Of a DNA stretch of 64,000 nt, positions 25,288 through 38,355 are shown in pieces. The translations under genes were made by a program, and so were the position numbers. Position 1 is the first letter of the stretch. Every line of letters begins with the position of its first letter. Under the pieces are notes generated by a model. It was given only the letters and a program-made list of their open reading frames with translations. It did not search any database and was not told the origin of the DNA. Source of the stretch: Macrostomum lignano (lineage: Eukaryota); NCBI GenBank assembly GCA_002269645.1, contig NIVC01000386.1, positions 372,001 through 436,000 on the forward strand, read 5' to 3'.

Positions 25288-25964
25288 GTGACCGGAGGGA
25301 AGAAAAATGGTTTGCAGGAGGGCTGCGGGTGCACTGGCGCAACGTCTTCGGCGACATCGGCGCACAGCCGCCGCTGAGGCGCCGCACTCATGCACACGCT
25401 CACACAGGGTGTACTGTCTAATGATCAGGCATGTACAGTCACTGTGCCTTGGAGGTTGACCCTCATGGGCTTTCTAATTCCGATACAATTAGTCTTTTGT
25501 GTTGTCAGCTTACCGACCTTACTTATAGTAGTAGCCTCTATAGAAAGTCCTAGAAAGCAGTGTGTGGTTCAGACCAGTTGACGCAATTGAAGCATGGTTT
25601 GGGCACCAATACTCCATGTTCTCACCAGAGTCCTGAGCTCTGGCCCCAATCGTGGCCTCTCGGGCTACATGCCCCTGGCAGTATGGCCCACAGTCAGATC
25701 CCTGCGGCAGAGCCCCCTTTGGGCTGATCCGCGGTAAGCCCCTGGCTTTCCACCCCCGTTTAACAACAAGCATGGTTTTGCCTGGTTTTGTCTCGCATAG
25801 AGACGCCTAACCGCAGTACCATACATTTAGATTGGAACTCGAGATAAGGCCCACGACCGCTTTCTGACTTCTTAGTCGGTGCCAACTGGTCTTGACAGCA
25901 GCAAGCCAGGCCAGGGACTCCACTTTTATTAGCACTGCGAGGCCTCCCCCTTGCCCTGTTCCAG

Positions 25965-26376
25965 ATCCAAGTGGACAACCAGGACCAACTGGACGTCGAC
26001 TTTCAGCTTCTGAACGACCGCGCCAGTTCCACCTTCAGCCTTAACTCCAGCAGCGGCTGGCTCGCCACCAAAGGCGCGCTGGACCGCGAGGTCTCCTCCG
26101 GCTTCGGCTTTGAGGTGCGCGTGGCGGACCTGGCCGGGCGTCGCTACGCCGACTGCTCAGTCCAGATCGACATTGCAGGCGTCAATGACAACCGGCCGGG
26201 CTTTGAGTTCGCTGACGAGGAGGTGGCGATCGCAGCGGGAGCCCCTGTCGGCACGGAGGTGGTCCGAGCCCGAGCCACGGATCCCGACGACCCCATGCGG
26301 CCTGTCGACGACTACCGGCTGGACGAGGTGCTGCCGGAGGAGTCGCGCAAGCTCTTCGCGGTCAATGCCAGCACCG
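25965..26376 (+). CDS. FAT1-like: Fat-like exon K
   Basis: TTCCAG|ATC; ALDRE, IAGVNDNRPGF, ARATDPDD; donor G|GTGAGT at 26377. Confidence 0.9.
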
Positions 26377-27243
26377 GTGAGTCTGAGGATGGAGAACATC
26401 ACCAGTCTCTAGAACTCTCGGGTTCGAATACGCATAGGGAGCGATTGATTACGCGATTGAGGCCATGGACGCCAACCCGGAAGGCGCAGAATGTGTCTTC
26501 TGTGCGCTATGATGAGAAAGTCAGTCCCGTTGTACACCCTGTGTGAGCATTGCGTGCTCAGGGGTCAGCACAGACCCTCAGCCAGAAAGGATGCGGAGAG
26601 CCGTTGTTACGAGCCCGGTGAGCATCGAGACGCTGACGGACAGGCAGCGGAGCTCCAGCGGTTTTAGCAGCTCATCTTTCTTTGCCTTTGCTGTCTGCTT
26701 CTTGCTGGAGGCCTTAGCAGACCGATAGAGGACGGGGTTGTTCCAGATGGTGGTCGGGACCGGACATCTTTGCATCGCCTGCAAGCCGCCAACACGGCAA
26801 GCAACCTGGCAGGTAAAAAAATCGCAGGTGAAGGAGCTTCTTCTGGAGATTAGACGCCCAGTTACTATTTTTATTTGCGTTGAAATCCCTCACAGGGGGC
26901 TTCTGGCTAGTCGAAAAACACAAAATTATTTTTATTAGCCTCTTCCATTTTCTTTGATTGCTACTTGAAGTAGGGCGTCGTGTTAAACTTATTCGCGTTT
27001 TCTCGATTACGATTTTGCAAACCCAAGATATCCGGCACTTAGTATGGAAGGAGCCTGACTTGATCAGTTTGATCATTTTGATTATTTTGCAGTTGGTAAC
27101 AGAGAATTGCTATGTAGTTTTCCCTCTTGTCCCGGCTTCGGCGATGCTCTTGAATCTGTTTATTAATAATTTTATATAATTATATAATTTTCTACAGTAC
27201 AGGTAAAAGACAGAACTATCGATCGAATTTCCCCATTGCCTAG

Positions 27244-27668
27244 GCGTGGTTACCATAGCAACGGCAGTAGACGCGGTCAGCGAGCATCGCCTTACAATAG
27301 TCGCCCGAGACTGGCAGCCGCCTCACCTGGAGGCTCGCCTTCGCCTGACGGTCCTGGCGCTGCCGCCGACTTCACCTCGGTTAAACGTCGCCTGCCGGCC
27401 TGTCCTTGGTGTCGACGCCAAACCACGCCCGCTCGCCGACTGTCGAGCGACGCTTGGCGACCAGCCGTTTGTCGATTTCGTCGCAGACTTGGCAGAATTC
27501 TCGCCGGCCTCGCCGCCAACGTGGCGACCCGCGACTGCGGCGGCGCTGACCGTGCAGGGCGACCGGCTGCTGCTGACGGCGACGCCGCTGCTCAGTCCGG
27601 AGCGCCTGTTCCGAGGAGCTCTGCAGCTGGCCGTGACCGTGCGGGCTGCGGAACTCCGGCCGCCGAGG
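27244..27668 (+). CDS. FAT1-like: Fat-like exon L (degenerate cadherin repeats)
   Basis: CCTAG|GC completes NAST-G-VVTI; HRLTIVARD; donor AGG|GTGGGC at 27669 (phase 0). Confidence 0.82.
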
Positions 27669-27675
27669 GTGGGCT

Positions 27676-28022
27676 TCAGATCTCTAGATATTTAAGTCTA
27701 GATATAAATCTCCAGATGTAGATCTCTTGATAAAGATCTCTAGACGCTAGACGTAGAATATTGATCAATAAACGTAGAAATATATTTAGACATAGAATTG
27801 ATCTCTAGACATAGAATATATCTCTAGACATTGAATAGATCTCTAGACATAAAATAGATCTCTAGACATAGAACAGATCTCTAGACGTAGAATAGATTTC
27901 TAGACGAGGAATAGATCTCATGATGTAGAATAGATCTCATGATGTAGAATAGATCTCATGATGTAGAATAGATCTCTAGACGTAGAAAAGATCTCAAGAC
28001 GTAGGCCTCTAGATGCAGATCT
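27676..28022. repeat. Degenerate ~20-bp AT-rich repeat rich in AGATCT/TCTAGA palindromes
   Basis: e.g. ATAGATCTCTAGACATAGA recurs. Confidence 0.8.
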
Positions 28023-28170
28023 ACTGTTCCATATCTTGAGGTATTGACCCCAGGATATTGAGCTCTGGATGCAGCTCTTTAGTTTTTCAGGTTTTCGCAC
28101 CTACAGAGCACAAATCAGCAGACAGAACATTGTGTACTTTGGTAGCATCAAAGAAGGCCGACATTTGCAG

Positions 28171-29254
28171 ACCATTCGCCGCCGCCTGAGTTTGCCGGTC
28201 GACGGGCTGCCCTCGCCGCCGCCGGTTTTCGAGGCCGTCGAATACCGGGTCCACCTGTCCGAGGCCGCGCCACCAGGCACGTCCGTGGTTCGAGTCCGGG
28301 CGGACGGCAGCGACTTCGTAGCCTACAGCATCGAGCCGGCTGTCGAATTTCGCATCGACTCTTCGACTGGTCACGTGACCTCAGCGGCGCCGCTGGACCG
28401 CGAGGCCCGGCCGACCCACCGGCTGACGCTGCGGGCCGCGGACGCCGCGACCGGAGCCATCGGACCGTCAGCGAGCCTCGTCGTGGACCTCGTCGACGTC
28501 AACGACGAGCCGCCGAGATGGCTGGGTGCGGCCGAGGCCAGCAGCAGCGTGTCGGAGGCAGCCCCGGTCGGCACGGAGGTGGCCCGACTTCGCCTGTCCG
28601 ACGCGGACGTAGCCTCCGCCGATGCCGCCGTCCGGTTCCACTTTGTTAATGCTGCCAACGACACCGATGATCCGTCCGAGTGGTTCGACATCCTGCCGGA
28701 CGGCCGACTGGTGCTGGCCGGCCCGCTGGACCGGGAGGCGCGGCCCGTCTTTGAGCTGCTCATCCTGGCCTCGGACGGCCGGTTCACCACCCACAAGCCG
28801 TTCCGCCAGCGCGTCGTCGTCAACGACGTCAACGACAATCCGCCGAGGTGTCGGAGCGACTCGCTGCTTGTCGACATGTCCGAAGCTGCCCCGCTGAACG
28901 CCACCGTCGCCTGGGTGGCTGCCGAGGACGCGGACGATCCGGCGTCGGGGTTTGGCCGGTTGGTTTTCAAGATCGTCGAGTCGGACGCTGGCGCGATCGG
29001 CAAGTTCGGCGTCGACTCGGACAGCGGCCGAGTGGCGCTGATGGGCCGGCTGGACCGGGAGATCCGCGACCGGCACGAGCTGACGGTGGCGGCCAGCGAT
29101 GGAGAGTTCAGCTGTCGGACTCGCCTGACAGTCCGCGTCATCGATTTCAACGACTGTCCGCCGGTGTTCACCGCCTGGGAGCTGCGTCCGGTGCCGGAGG
29201 ACCTGCCAGCTGGAAGTCTCATCGGCAAGGTGCACGCCGAGGACTGCGACATCG
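28171..29254 (+). CDS. FAT1-like: Fat-like exon M
   Basis: TTTGCAG|ACC; three LDRE motifs, LVDVNDEPP, DVNDNPPRC, VIDFNDCPPVF, AEDCDIG; donor G|GTGAGT at 29255 (phase 1; alternative phase-0 donors from 29281). Confidence 0.88.
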
Positions 29255-29280
29255 GTGAGTCTGCGGAAATTGAGAAATTG

Positions 29281-29575
29281 GTAGATCTGCCGCTTATCTA
29301 CTTAGGAGAGGAGGTAGATCTGCCGCTTATCTACTTAGGAGAGGAGGTAGATCTGCCGCTTATCTACTTAGAAGAGGAGGTAGATCTGCCGCTTATCTAC
29401 TTATGAGAGGAGGTAGATTTGCCGCTTATCTACTTAGGAGAGGAGGTAGATCTGTAGATCTGCCGCTTATCTACTTAGAAGAGGAGGTAGATCTGTAGAT
29501 CTGCCGCTTATCTACTTAGAAGAGGAGGTAGATCTGCCGCTTATCTACTTAGGAGAGGAGGTAGATCTGCCGCTT
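29281..29575. repeat. 33-bp hairpin minisatellite GTAGATCTGCCGCTTATCTACTTAGGAGAGGAG
   Basis: Unit starts at 29281, 29314, 29347, 29380, 29413... Confidence 0.96.
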
Positions 29576-31049
29576 AAAAAAATAGAGCTCAATCTACACG
29601 CTTATCTACTGTTAGTAATGCAATGGTGTCGCTTTAACAAAAATCAATATTCTCCCGCTGTTTAACCACAGCTTCTGCATAATCTTCAAAGTGCGAATGT
29701 GTTGCACAATGTCAGCTTTCTGAGCTGCACAATTTCTTGCCTGGCTACAAAGGCTGCACTGGAGTCTGACCCCCCTTGATGTCAGCAGAACCAGCATTAC
29801 CATATCTCTCCCTGTGCGGACCTGTGTTTACAGTTTACAGTTTACAGTTTAGCAGGCCTGCACGGCTTCACTGAGTCAGCCGCCTGTTGACAGGCGGGTC
29901 TGGCTGGAGGAGCCCCGCAAAAAAACAACAGAAGATGGATCGCTCGGTGAACTGCAGGACAGGCCCGAGCTGCCATATTTGGAGCCGCAGCCTTCAGAGT
30001 ATCAACTTACTGTTATTAGACTGCACAGGCCTGTCTCCACAAGAACTAACTCGCACAGTGCGCCACTACACAGCTCTCGTCGCACAAATCTCTTAATAGC
30101 ATTTGCTGTTATCGAATATCCCATTTACGTGTGCCCGCACACATTTCTGGAATCCCATTTACACTGAACCTCTGCAGTTTCTTTCCCCTGACTTAACCCC
30201 CCCCCCACGCTGAGCCGCGCGACCCGCCTGCAGTGCCGCCCGCTGTGTCCAGAATTGAGTTCTCCAGCTCTGCCGGCATGCTGAGCCGTGCGGCCAGGGT
30301 CTGTGTGAGTGGAGCGTCAAAAGTCGTTCAGTTTGTTACCAGGAGATCGAAGTCCAGAACCCGGAGCAAATGAGTTTCATATCCTCACACCTTCCCTGAA
30401 TTCCACTGGCCCAGATTTCAAAATCCCGATTTTTTATGGCTCAATAAAATGGGCAATGTCCATTTTGCATGTCCATTTTGCATCCATTTTGTCGGTTTGC
30501 ATCGACATCGACAATCCGCCGGTGCGAGAGTCAGGCGCCTTTACTGCATGCTGAGCTTGAATGCGCAGCTGGGTGGTTGCGAAATCAGCTGCTAAAACCA
30601 GATGCTACATCGCAGCACTCCTTGAGCCGCGTTAGGCCTGCAGAGCGATGCAGCCGGGCTTCAGTCAGCCCCAACCCCCCCCCCCCAGAGTTTTCACACC
30701 TCTACAGCCAGCCAGCCCTGCGGCACGGCCCGTTTCCTCCGGCAGTGGCAGGCAGCCGGTTAAGCTGAATCCCCTCAGGCTTTGGCCACTTTCCATTCAC
30801 AGCAGCCAGAGGGAAACTGCTGCGCACTGTTCAATGGTTTCCGGTGCTTCTCAACTGACTCTGAAAAATGTAAAATCACTTTCTAAACTGGGAGATTCTT
30901 CCTGGCAGCCTGCGTCCCCATGGCTCTCTCGCCTGACTCCCCTCTGCTTCTCCGTGACACCTCCTGTGTTCCCTATCGATCTTGCCTATAATTGCGTAAT
31001 TCTCAACTTCTTGAGGCCGCTGGCCTGTCTGATCTTTCCTATCTTTCAT

Positions 31050-32645
31050 CTCCATCTTACTTCTGTCTCCCTCACCTCTCTTACTGTCCGCTCTCTTGTC
31101 TCCTTCTCTGTCTCCCTCACCCCTCTTCCTGTCCGCTCTCTTGTCTCCTTCTCTGTCTCCCTCACCCCTCTTCCTCTCCGCTCTCTTGTCTCCTTCTCTG
31201 TCTCCCTCACCCCTCTTCCTCTCCGCTCTCTTGTCTCCTTCTCTGTCTCCCTCACCCCTCTTCCTCTCCGCTCTCTTGTCTCCTTCTCTGTCTCCCTCAC
31301 CCCTCTTCCTCTCCGCTCTCTTGTCTCCTTCTCTGTCTCCCTCACCCCTCTTCCTCTCCGCTCTCTTGTCTCCTTCTCACTCTCCCTCACCCCTCTTCCT
31401 CTCCGCTCTCTTGTCTCCTTCTCTGTCTCCCTCACCCCTCTTCCTCTCCGCTCTCTTGCCTCCTTCTCTGTCTCCCTCACCCCTCTTCCTCTCCGCTCTC
31501 TTGTCTCCTTCTCTGTCTCCCTCACCCCTCCTCCTCTCCGCTCTCTTGTCTCCTTCTCACTCTCCCTCACCCCTCTTCCTCTCCGCTCTCTTGTCTCCTT
31601 CTCTGTCTCCCTCACCCCTCTTCCTCTCCGCTCTCTTGTCTCCTTCTCTGTCTCCCTCACCCCTCTTCCTCTCCGCTCTCTTGTCTCCTTCTCTGTCTCC
31701 CTCACCCCTCTTCCTCTCCGCTCTCTTGTCTCCTTCTCTGTCTCCCTCACCCCTCTTCCTCTCCGCTCTCTTGTCTCCTTCTCACTCTCCCTCACCCCTC
31801 TTCCTCTCCGCTCTCTTGCCTCCTTCTCTGTCTCCCTCACCCCTCCTCCTCTCCGCTCTCTTGCCTCCTTCTCTGTCTCCCTCACCCTCTTCCTCTCCGC
31901 TCTCTTGTCTCCTTCTCTGTCTCCCTCACCCCTCTGCCTCTCCGCTCTCTTGTCTCCTTCTCTGTCTCCCTCACCCCTCTTCCTCTCCGCTCTCTTGTCT
32001 CCTTCTCTGTCTCCCTCACCCCTCTTCCTCTCCGCTCTCTTGTCTCCTTCTCACTCTCCCTCACCCCTCTTCCTCTCCGCTCTCTTGTCTCCTTCTCTGT
32101 CTCCCTCACCCCTCTTCCTCTCCGCTCTCTTGCCTCCTTCTCTGTCTCCCTCACCCCTCCTCCTCTCCGCTCTCTTGTCTCCTTCTCACTCTCCCTCACC
32201 CCTCCTCCTCTCCGCTCTCTTGTCTCCTTCTCACTCTCCCTCACCCCTCTTCCTCTCCGCTTTCTTGTCTCCTTCTCTGTCTCCCTCACCCCTCTTCCTC
32301 TCCGCTCTCTTGTCTCCTTCTCTGTCTCCCTCACCCCTCTTCCTCTCCGCTCTCTTGTCTCCTTCTCTGTCTCCCTCACCCCTCTTCCTCTCCGCTCTCT
32401 TGTCTCCTTCTCTGTCTCCCTCACCCCTCTTCCTCTCCGCTCTCTTGTCTCCTTCTCTGTCTCCCTCACCCTCTGCCTCTCCGCTCTCTTGTCTCCTTCT
32501 CTGTCTCCCTCACCCCTCTTCCTCTCCGCTCTCTTGTCTCCTTCTCTGTCTCCCTCACCCCTCTTCCTCTCCGCTCTCTTGTCTCCTTCTCACTCTCCCT
32601 CACCCCTCTTCCTCTCCGCTCTCTTGTCTCCTTCTCACTCTCCCT
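31050..32645. repeat. 45-bp polypyrimidine minisatellite
   Basis: CTCTCTTGTCTCCTTCTCTGTCTCCCTCACCCCTCTTCCTCTCCG. Confidence 0.97.
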
Positions 32646-33329
32646 TTGCAGACCCAAAGAAATCATGCAAAATAGTTTGAGGTACATAATCGCTCGAAGA
32701 ATCAAGCCAGGCAGCCAAGCCTCGGAGCAGATCGAGAGACAGACAGGTTTCCCTCCAGCGGCAAGATGAATCGTGCGCAAAAGAAGAAGAAGTCACCTTC
32801 GCGCTGATGGTAGCAATAAATCCGCCTGGTCGACAGGCGGCCCCACAAGCCCCGAGTGCGGGCATCTCGTAAATCTAAAAATCTGACAGGCAAACGCAGA
32901 GCAGCAGTTTTATGGCAACAGCCCGCAGTTGCAAAAGCAGCAAACTGAACCTCTACAGGCCATTTCTTCTGGCCGCAAGAAATGTTTGAATAAAGGTGAA
33001 ACATGCTGGAGCTCTGACCGAGACGCAATTGTGAGCTGCTAAACTTTGCTCCAAGAGCAACCTGCTCACACTGAGAGTTTGCTCGGAGTGGGCCAGGTGG
33101 GATCTAAAAGTGCTCGCCTTCAAGTCTGCTTGGGACTTTCTCAGAGTGGGGATTCGCATTGTTCGGTCTGGGGTGGAGGGGAAGTCTGGGGAAACTCGCT
33201 GCTAGTGGAGAAGTTTTCAACTCACTCGCTCGCTCCGGCCTCTCAGCCTTTCTCCTCTTCATTCACCTTCATTCGGGGCGTTAGGCTTGAGCTGCATGCA
33301 GTAAGTGGCTCTCCGCAGCCTCCCCACAC

Positions 33330-33865
33330 TCAGTCAGTCAGTCAGTCAGTCAGTCAGTCAGTCAGTCAGTCAGTCAGTCAGTCAGTCAGTCAGTCAGTCA
33401 GTCAGTCAGTCAGTCAGTCAGTCAGTCAGTCAGTCAGTCAGTCAGTCAGTCAGTCAGTCAGTCAGTCAGTCAGTCAGTCAGTCAGTCAGTCAGTCAGTCA
33501 GTCAGTCAGTCAGTCAGTCAGTCAGTCAGTCAGTCAGTCAGTCAGTCAGTCAGTCAGTCAGTCAGTCAGTCAGTCAGTCAGTCAGTCAGTCAGTCAGTCA
33601 GTCAGTCAGTCAGTCAGTCAGTCAGTCAGTCAGTCAGTCAGTCAGTCAGTCAGTCAGTCAGTCAGTCAGTCAGTCAGTCAGTCAGTCAGTCAGTCAGTCA
33701 GTCAGTCAGTCAGTCAGTCAGTCAGTCAGTCAGTCAGTCAGTCAGTCAGTCAGTCAGTCAGTCAGTCAGTCAGTCAGTCAGTCAGTCAGTCAGTCAGTCA
33801 GTCAGTCAGTCAGTCAAGTCAGTCAGTCAGTCAGTCAGTTCAGTCAGTCGTCAGTCAGTCACAGT
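33330..33865. repeat. (CAGT)n microsatellite
   Basis: Direct reading. Confidence 0.98.
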
Positions 33866-34404
33866 CGTCAAACTGAAACCCATACTTCTCCCTCAGTGTG
33901 ACATTCGAGCAGCCCCAGAGCTCAAACCGCGCCTTAGTAACAAACTCAACAGGGCAGCAAAGCATTTCAGCTTTCAAAGTTGGCTACAGTGGCTGGCTGC
34001 ATCTGTTTCCTTTGAGCCTTTGTGGCGTATCAAAACAAAGGAGAATTGTGGAAATCATAAACCGCTACTCTTCATGGAGACTGAGAGGGATATTTTGGAG
34101 CAGCACCGATCCCTCGCATCCCTTGCCTGCAGTTTAGGCCCGCCTGGCTTGATTGAAATTCCAATGCTCCCGATGCCCCCCAGGTTGCGTAATCATTGAT
34201 CAGCATCAATAACAGCCTCTGACCTCCCCAGCTTTGCAAAACTGTCACGCAAGTGAGCAGCGCAGCGGGGCTCTCGCAGTTAACGACAGAGTGAGCTGAC
34301 CTCCGTGATTTGACTGGCATCCTCTGCGCTGTGGATAAAGTCTACAGTTGCTATGACGACTTCAAACACCCGAAACACCCGCGCCACCGATAGCCCCTTT
34401 AACA

Positions 34405-35265
34405 ATAACCCAACAGCACACTAACAGCACCCTAACAGCACCCTAACAGTATTCTTAACAGCACCCTAGCAGCACCCTAACAGCACCCTAGCAGCACCCT
34501 AACAGCATCATAACAGCACCCTAGCAGCACCCTAACAGCACCCTAACAGCGTTATTAACAGCATCCTAACAGCACCCTAGCAGCGCCCTAACAGCACCCT
34601 AACAGCACCCTAGCAACACCCTAACAGCACCCTAACAGCACCCTAACAGCGTTCTTAACAGCATCCTAACAGCACCCTAGCAGCACGCTAACAGCACCCT
34701 AGCAGCATCCTAACAGCATCCTAACAGCACCCTAGCAGCACCCTAACAGCACCCTAACAGCACCCTAACAACATCCTAGCAGCACCCTAACAGCACCCTA
34801 ACAGCGTTCTTAACAGCATCCTAACAGCACCCTAGCAGCACGCTAACAGCACCCTAGCAGCATCCTAACAGCATCCTAACAGCACCCTAGCAGCACCCTA
34901 ACAGCACCCTAACAGCACCCTAACAGCACCCTAGCAGCGCCCTAACAGCACCCTACCAGCACCCTAGCAGCACCCTAACAGCATCCTAACAGCACCCTAG
35001 CAGCACCCTAACAGCACCCTAACAGCGTTCTTAACAGCATCCTAACAGCACCCTAGCAGCACGCTAACAGCACCCTAGCAGCATCCTAACAGCATCCTAA
35101 CAGCACCCTAGCAGCACCCTAACAGCACCCTAACAGCACCCCAACAGCGTCCCTAACAGCGTCTCTAGCAAACACCCTAGCAGCACCCTAACAGCGTCTT
35201 TAATAGCGTCCCTAACAGCGTCTCTAGCAACACCCCATCAGCACCCTAAAAACGCCCCCAACAGA
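34405..35265. repeat. 11-bp minisatellite CAGCACCCTA(A/G) containing CCCTAA
   Basis: Direct reading. Confidence 0.95.
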
Positions 35266-35649
35266 ACCCCAACAGCGCCCCCAGCAACACCCAACGGCGC
35301 CACGTCATGCAGTTCCAGCTGCTGTAAATTCACGCCATTTTCAGCATCTCTGTCGCCACCCCTCACAAACCGGCACAGCAGATCCTCAGGCACTGCGGGC
35401 TCAGTTCTGAAACTGAGCGGCTGTTTCTCACAATTTCCTTCAGCCATCCGTGGCGATAAGAACCGCTGCCAGCAGCCACTAATCAGCCGCGATCATCCCC
35501 CACCCCCTGCAGACAGATAATTGAGTTCATCATGCCAGCAGCTGCTCCTGCCACAGATGGCACTGGGACTGAATGCTTGCTGCTGCTGCAACTGATAGAC
35601 TCTGATTTGAACTCTTCTCTGTAGCTTTGGGGAGGAGAAACAGTTTGTC

Positions 35650-38355
35650 ACTGCCTATCTGAGATTGTGTCCTCACTGCCTAACTGATTGTGTCCTCACT
35701 GCCTATCTGATTGTGTCCTCACTGCCTATCTGATTGTCTCCTCACTGCCTATCTGAGATTGTGTCCTCACTGCCTAACTGATTGTGTCCTCACTGCCTAT
35801 CTGATTGTGTCCTCACTGCCTAACTGATTGTGTCCTCACTGCCTATCTGATTGTGTCCTCACTGCCTAACTGATTGTGTCCTCACTGCCTATCTGATTGT
35901 GTCCTCACTGCCTATCTGATTGTGTCCTCACTGCCTATCTGATTGTGTCCTCACTGCCTATCTGATTGTGTCCTCACTGCCTATCTGAGATTGTGTCCTC
36001 ACTGCCTATCTGATTGTGTCCTCACTGCCTATCTGAGATTGTGTCCTCACTGCCTATCTGATTGTCTCCTCACTGCCTATCTGATTGTCTCCTCACTGCC
36101 TATCTGAGATTGTGTCCTCACTGCCTATCTGAGATTGTGTCCTCACTGCCTATCTGATTGTCTCCTCACTGCCTATCTGAGATTGTGTCCTCACTGCCTA
36201 TCTGAGATTGTGTCCTCACTGCTTATCTGAGATTGTGTCCTCACTGCCTATCTGATTGTGTCCTCACTACCTATCTGATTGTGTCCTCACTGCCTATCTG
36301 AGATTGTGTCCTCACTGCCTATCTGAGATTGTGTCCTCACTGTCTATCTGATTGTGTCCTCACTGCCTATCTGATTGTGTCCTCACTGCCTATCTGATTG
36401 TGTCCTAACCGTCTATCTGAGATTGTGTCCTCACTGCCTATCTGAGATTGTGTCCTCACTGCCTATCTGATTGTGTCCTCACTGCCTATCTGATTGTGTC
36501 CTCACTGCCTAACTGATTGTGTCCTCACTGCCTATCTGATTGTGTCCTCACTGCCTATCTGATTGTGTCCTCACTGCCTATCTGATTGTGTCCTCACGGC
36601 CTATCTGATTGTGTCCTCACTGCCTATCTGATTGTGTCCTAACCGTCTATCTGAGATTGTGTCCTCCCTGCCTAACTGAGATTGTGTCCTCCCCGCCTAA
36701 CTGAGATTGTGTCCTCATTGCCTATCTGATTGTGTTCTCACTGTCTATCTGAGATTGTGTCCTCCCTGCCTATCTGAGATTGTGTCCTCACTGCCTATCT
36801 GAGATTGTGTCCTCACTGCCTATCTGATTGTGTCCTCACTGCCTATCTGATTGTGTCCTCACTGCCTATCTGATTGTGTCCTAACCGTCTATCTGAGATT
36901 GTGTCCTCACTGCCTATCTGAGATTGTGTCCTCACTGCCTATCTGAGATTGTGTCCTCACTGCCTATCTGATTGTGTCCTCACTGCCTAACTGATTGTGT
37001 CCTCACTGCCTATCTGATTGTGTCCTCACTGCCTATCTGATTGTGTCCTAACCGTCTATCTGAGATTGTGTCCTCACTGCCTATCTGAGATTGTGTCCTC
37101 ACTGCCTATCTGAGATTGTGTCCTCACTGCCTATCTGATTGTGTCCTCACTGCCTAACTGATTGTGTCCTCACTGCCTATCTGATTGTGTCCTCACTGCC
37201 TATCTGATTGTGTCCTCACTGCCTATCTGATTGTGTCCTCACGGCCTATCTGATTGTGTCCTCACTGCCTATCTGATTGTGTCCTAACCGTCTATCTGAG
37301 ATTGTGTCCTCCCTGCCTAACTGAGATTGTGTCCTCCCCGCCTAACTGAGATTGTGTCCTCATTGCCTATCTGATTGTGTTCTCACTGTCTATCTGAGAT
37401 TGTGTCCTCCCTGCCTATCTGAGATTGTGTCCTCACTGCATATCTGAGATTGTGTCCTCACTGCCTATCTGATTGTGTCCTCACTGCCTATCTGATTGTG
37501 TCCTCACTGCCTATCTGATTGTGTCCTCACTGCCTATCTGATTGTGTCCTAACCGTCTATCTGAGATTGTGTCCTCCCTGCCTAACTGAGATTGTGTCCT
37601 CCCCGCCTAACTGAGATTGTGTCCTCATTGCCTATCTGATTGTGTTCTCACTGTCTATCTGAGATTGTGTCCTCACTGCATATCTGAGATTGTGTCCTCA
37701 CTGCCTATCTGAGATTGTGTCCTCACTGCCTATCTGATTGTGTCCTCACTGCCTATCTGATTGTGTCCTCACTGCCTATCTGAGATTGTGTCCTCCCTGC
37801 CTATCTGAGATTGTGTCCTCCCTGCCTAACTGAGATTGTGTCCTCCCCGCCTAACTGAGATTGTGTCCTCATTGCCTATCTGATTGTGTTCTCACTGTCT
37901 ATCTGAGATTGTGTCCTCATTGCCTATCTGATTGTGTTCTCACTGTCTATCTGAGATTGTGTCCTCCCTGCCTATCTGAGATTGTGTCCTCACTGCCTAT
38001 CTGAGATTGTGTCCTCACTGCCTATCTGATTGTGTCCTCACTGCCTATCTGATTGTGTCCTCACCGTCTATCTGAGATTGTGTCCTCCCTGCCTAACTGA
38101 GATTGTGTCCTCCCCGCCTAACTGAGATTGTGTCCTCATTGCCTATCTGATTGTGTTCTCACTGCCTATCTGATTGTGTCCTCACTGCCTATCTGAGATT
38201 GTGTCCTCCCTGCCTATCTGAGATTGTGTCCTCCCTGCCTAACTGAGATTGTGTCCTCCCCGCCTAACTGAGATTGTGTCCTCACTGCCTATCTGAGATT
38301 GTGTCCTCACTGCCTATCTGATTGTGTCCTCACTGTCTATCTGATTGTGTCCTCA
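35650..38355. repeat. 23/25-bp minisatellite GATTGTGTCCTCACTGCCTATCT(GA), ~2.7 kb
   Basis: Direct reading; higher-order blocks present. Confidence 0.98.

Noticed and set aside
26421-26431. GGTTCGAAT B-box/T-loop-like motif suggesting a tRNA or SINE
   Set aside because: No A-box at proper spacing and no cloverleaf stems.
28371-29252. Minus-strand and off-frame ORFs overlapping exons (also 14520-14969, 54509-54955, 58071-59207)
   Set aside because: Shadow ORFs of GC-rich coding DNA; no recognisable motifs.
30498-30521. CIDIDNPP peptide resembling a cadherin linker in the giant intron
   Set aside because: The surrounding frame lacks cadherin pattern, and it is the wrong segment and phase to fill the missing exon.
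31880-32475. Two 1-bp deletions about 584 bp apart in the 45-bp array, hinting at a 13-unit higher-order repeat
   Set aside because: Both lie in C homopolymers and cannot be distinguished from sequencing error.
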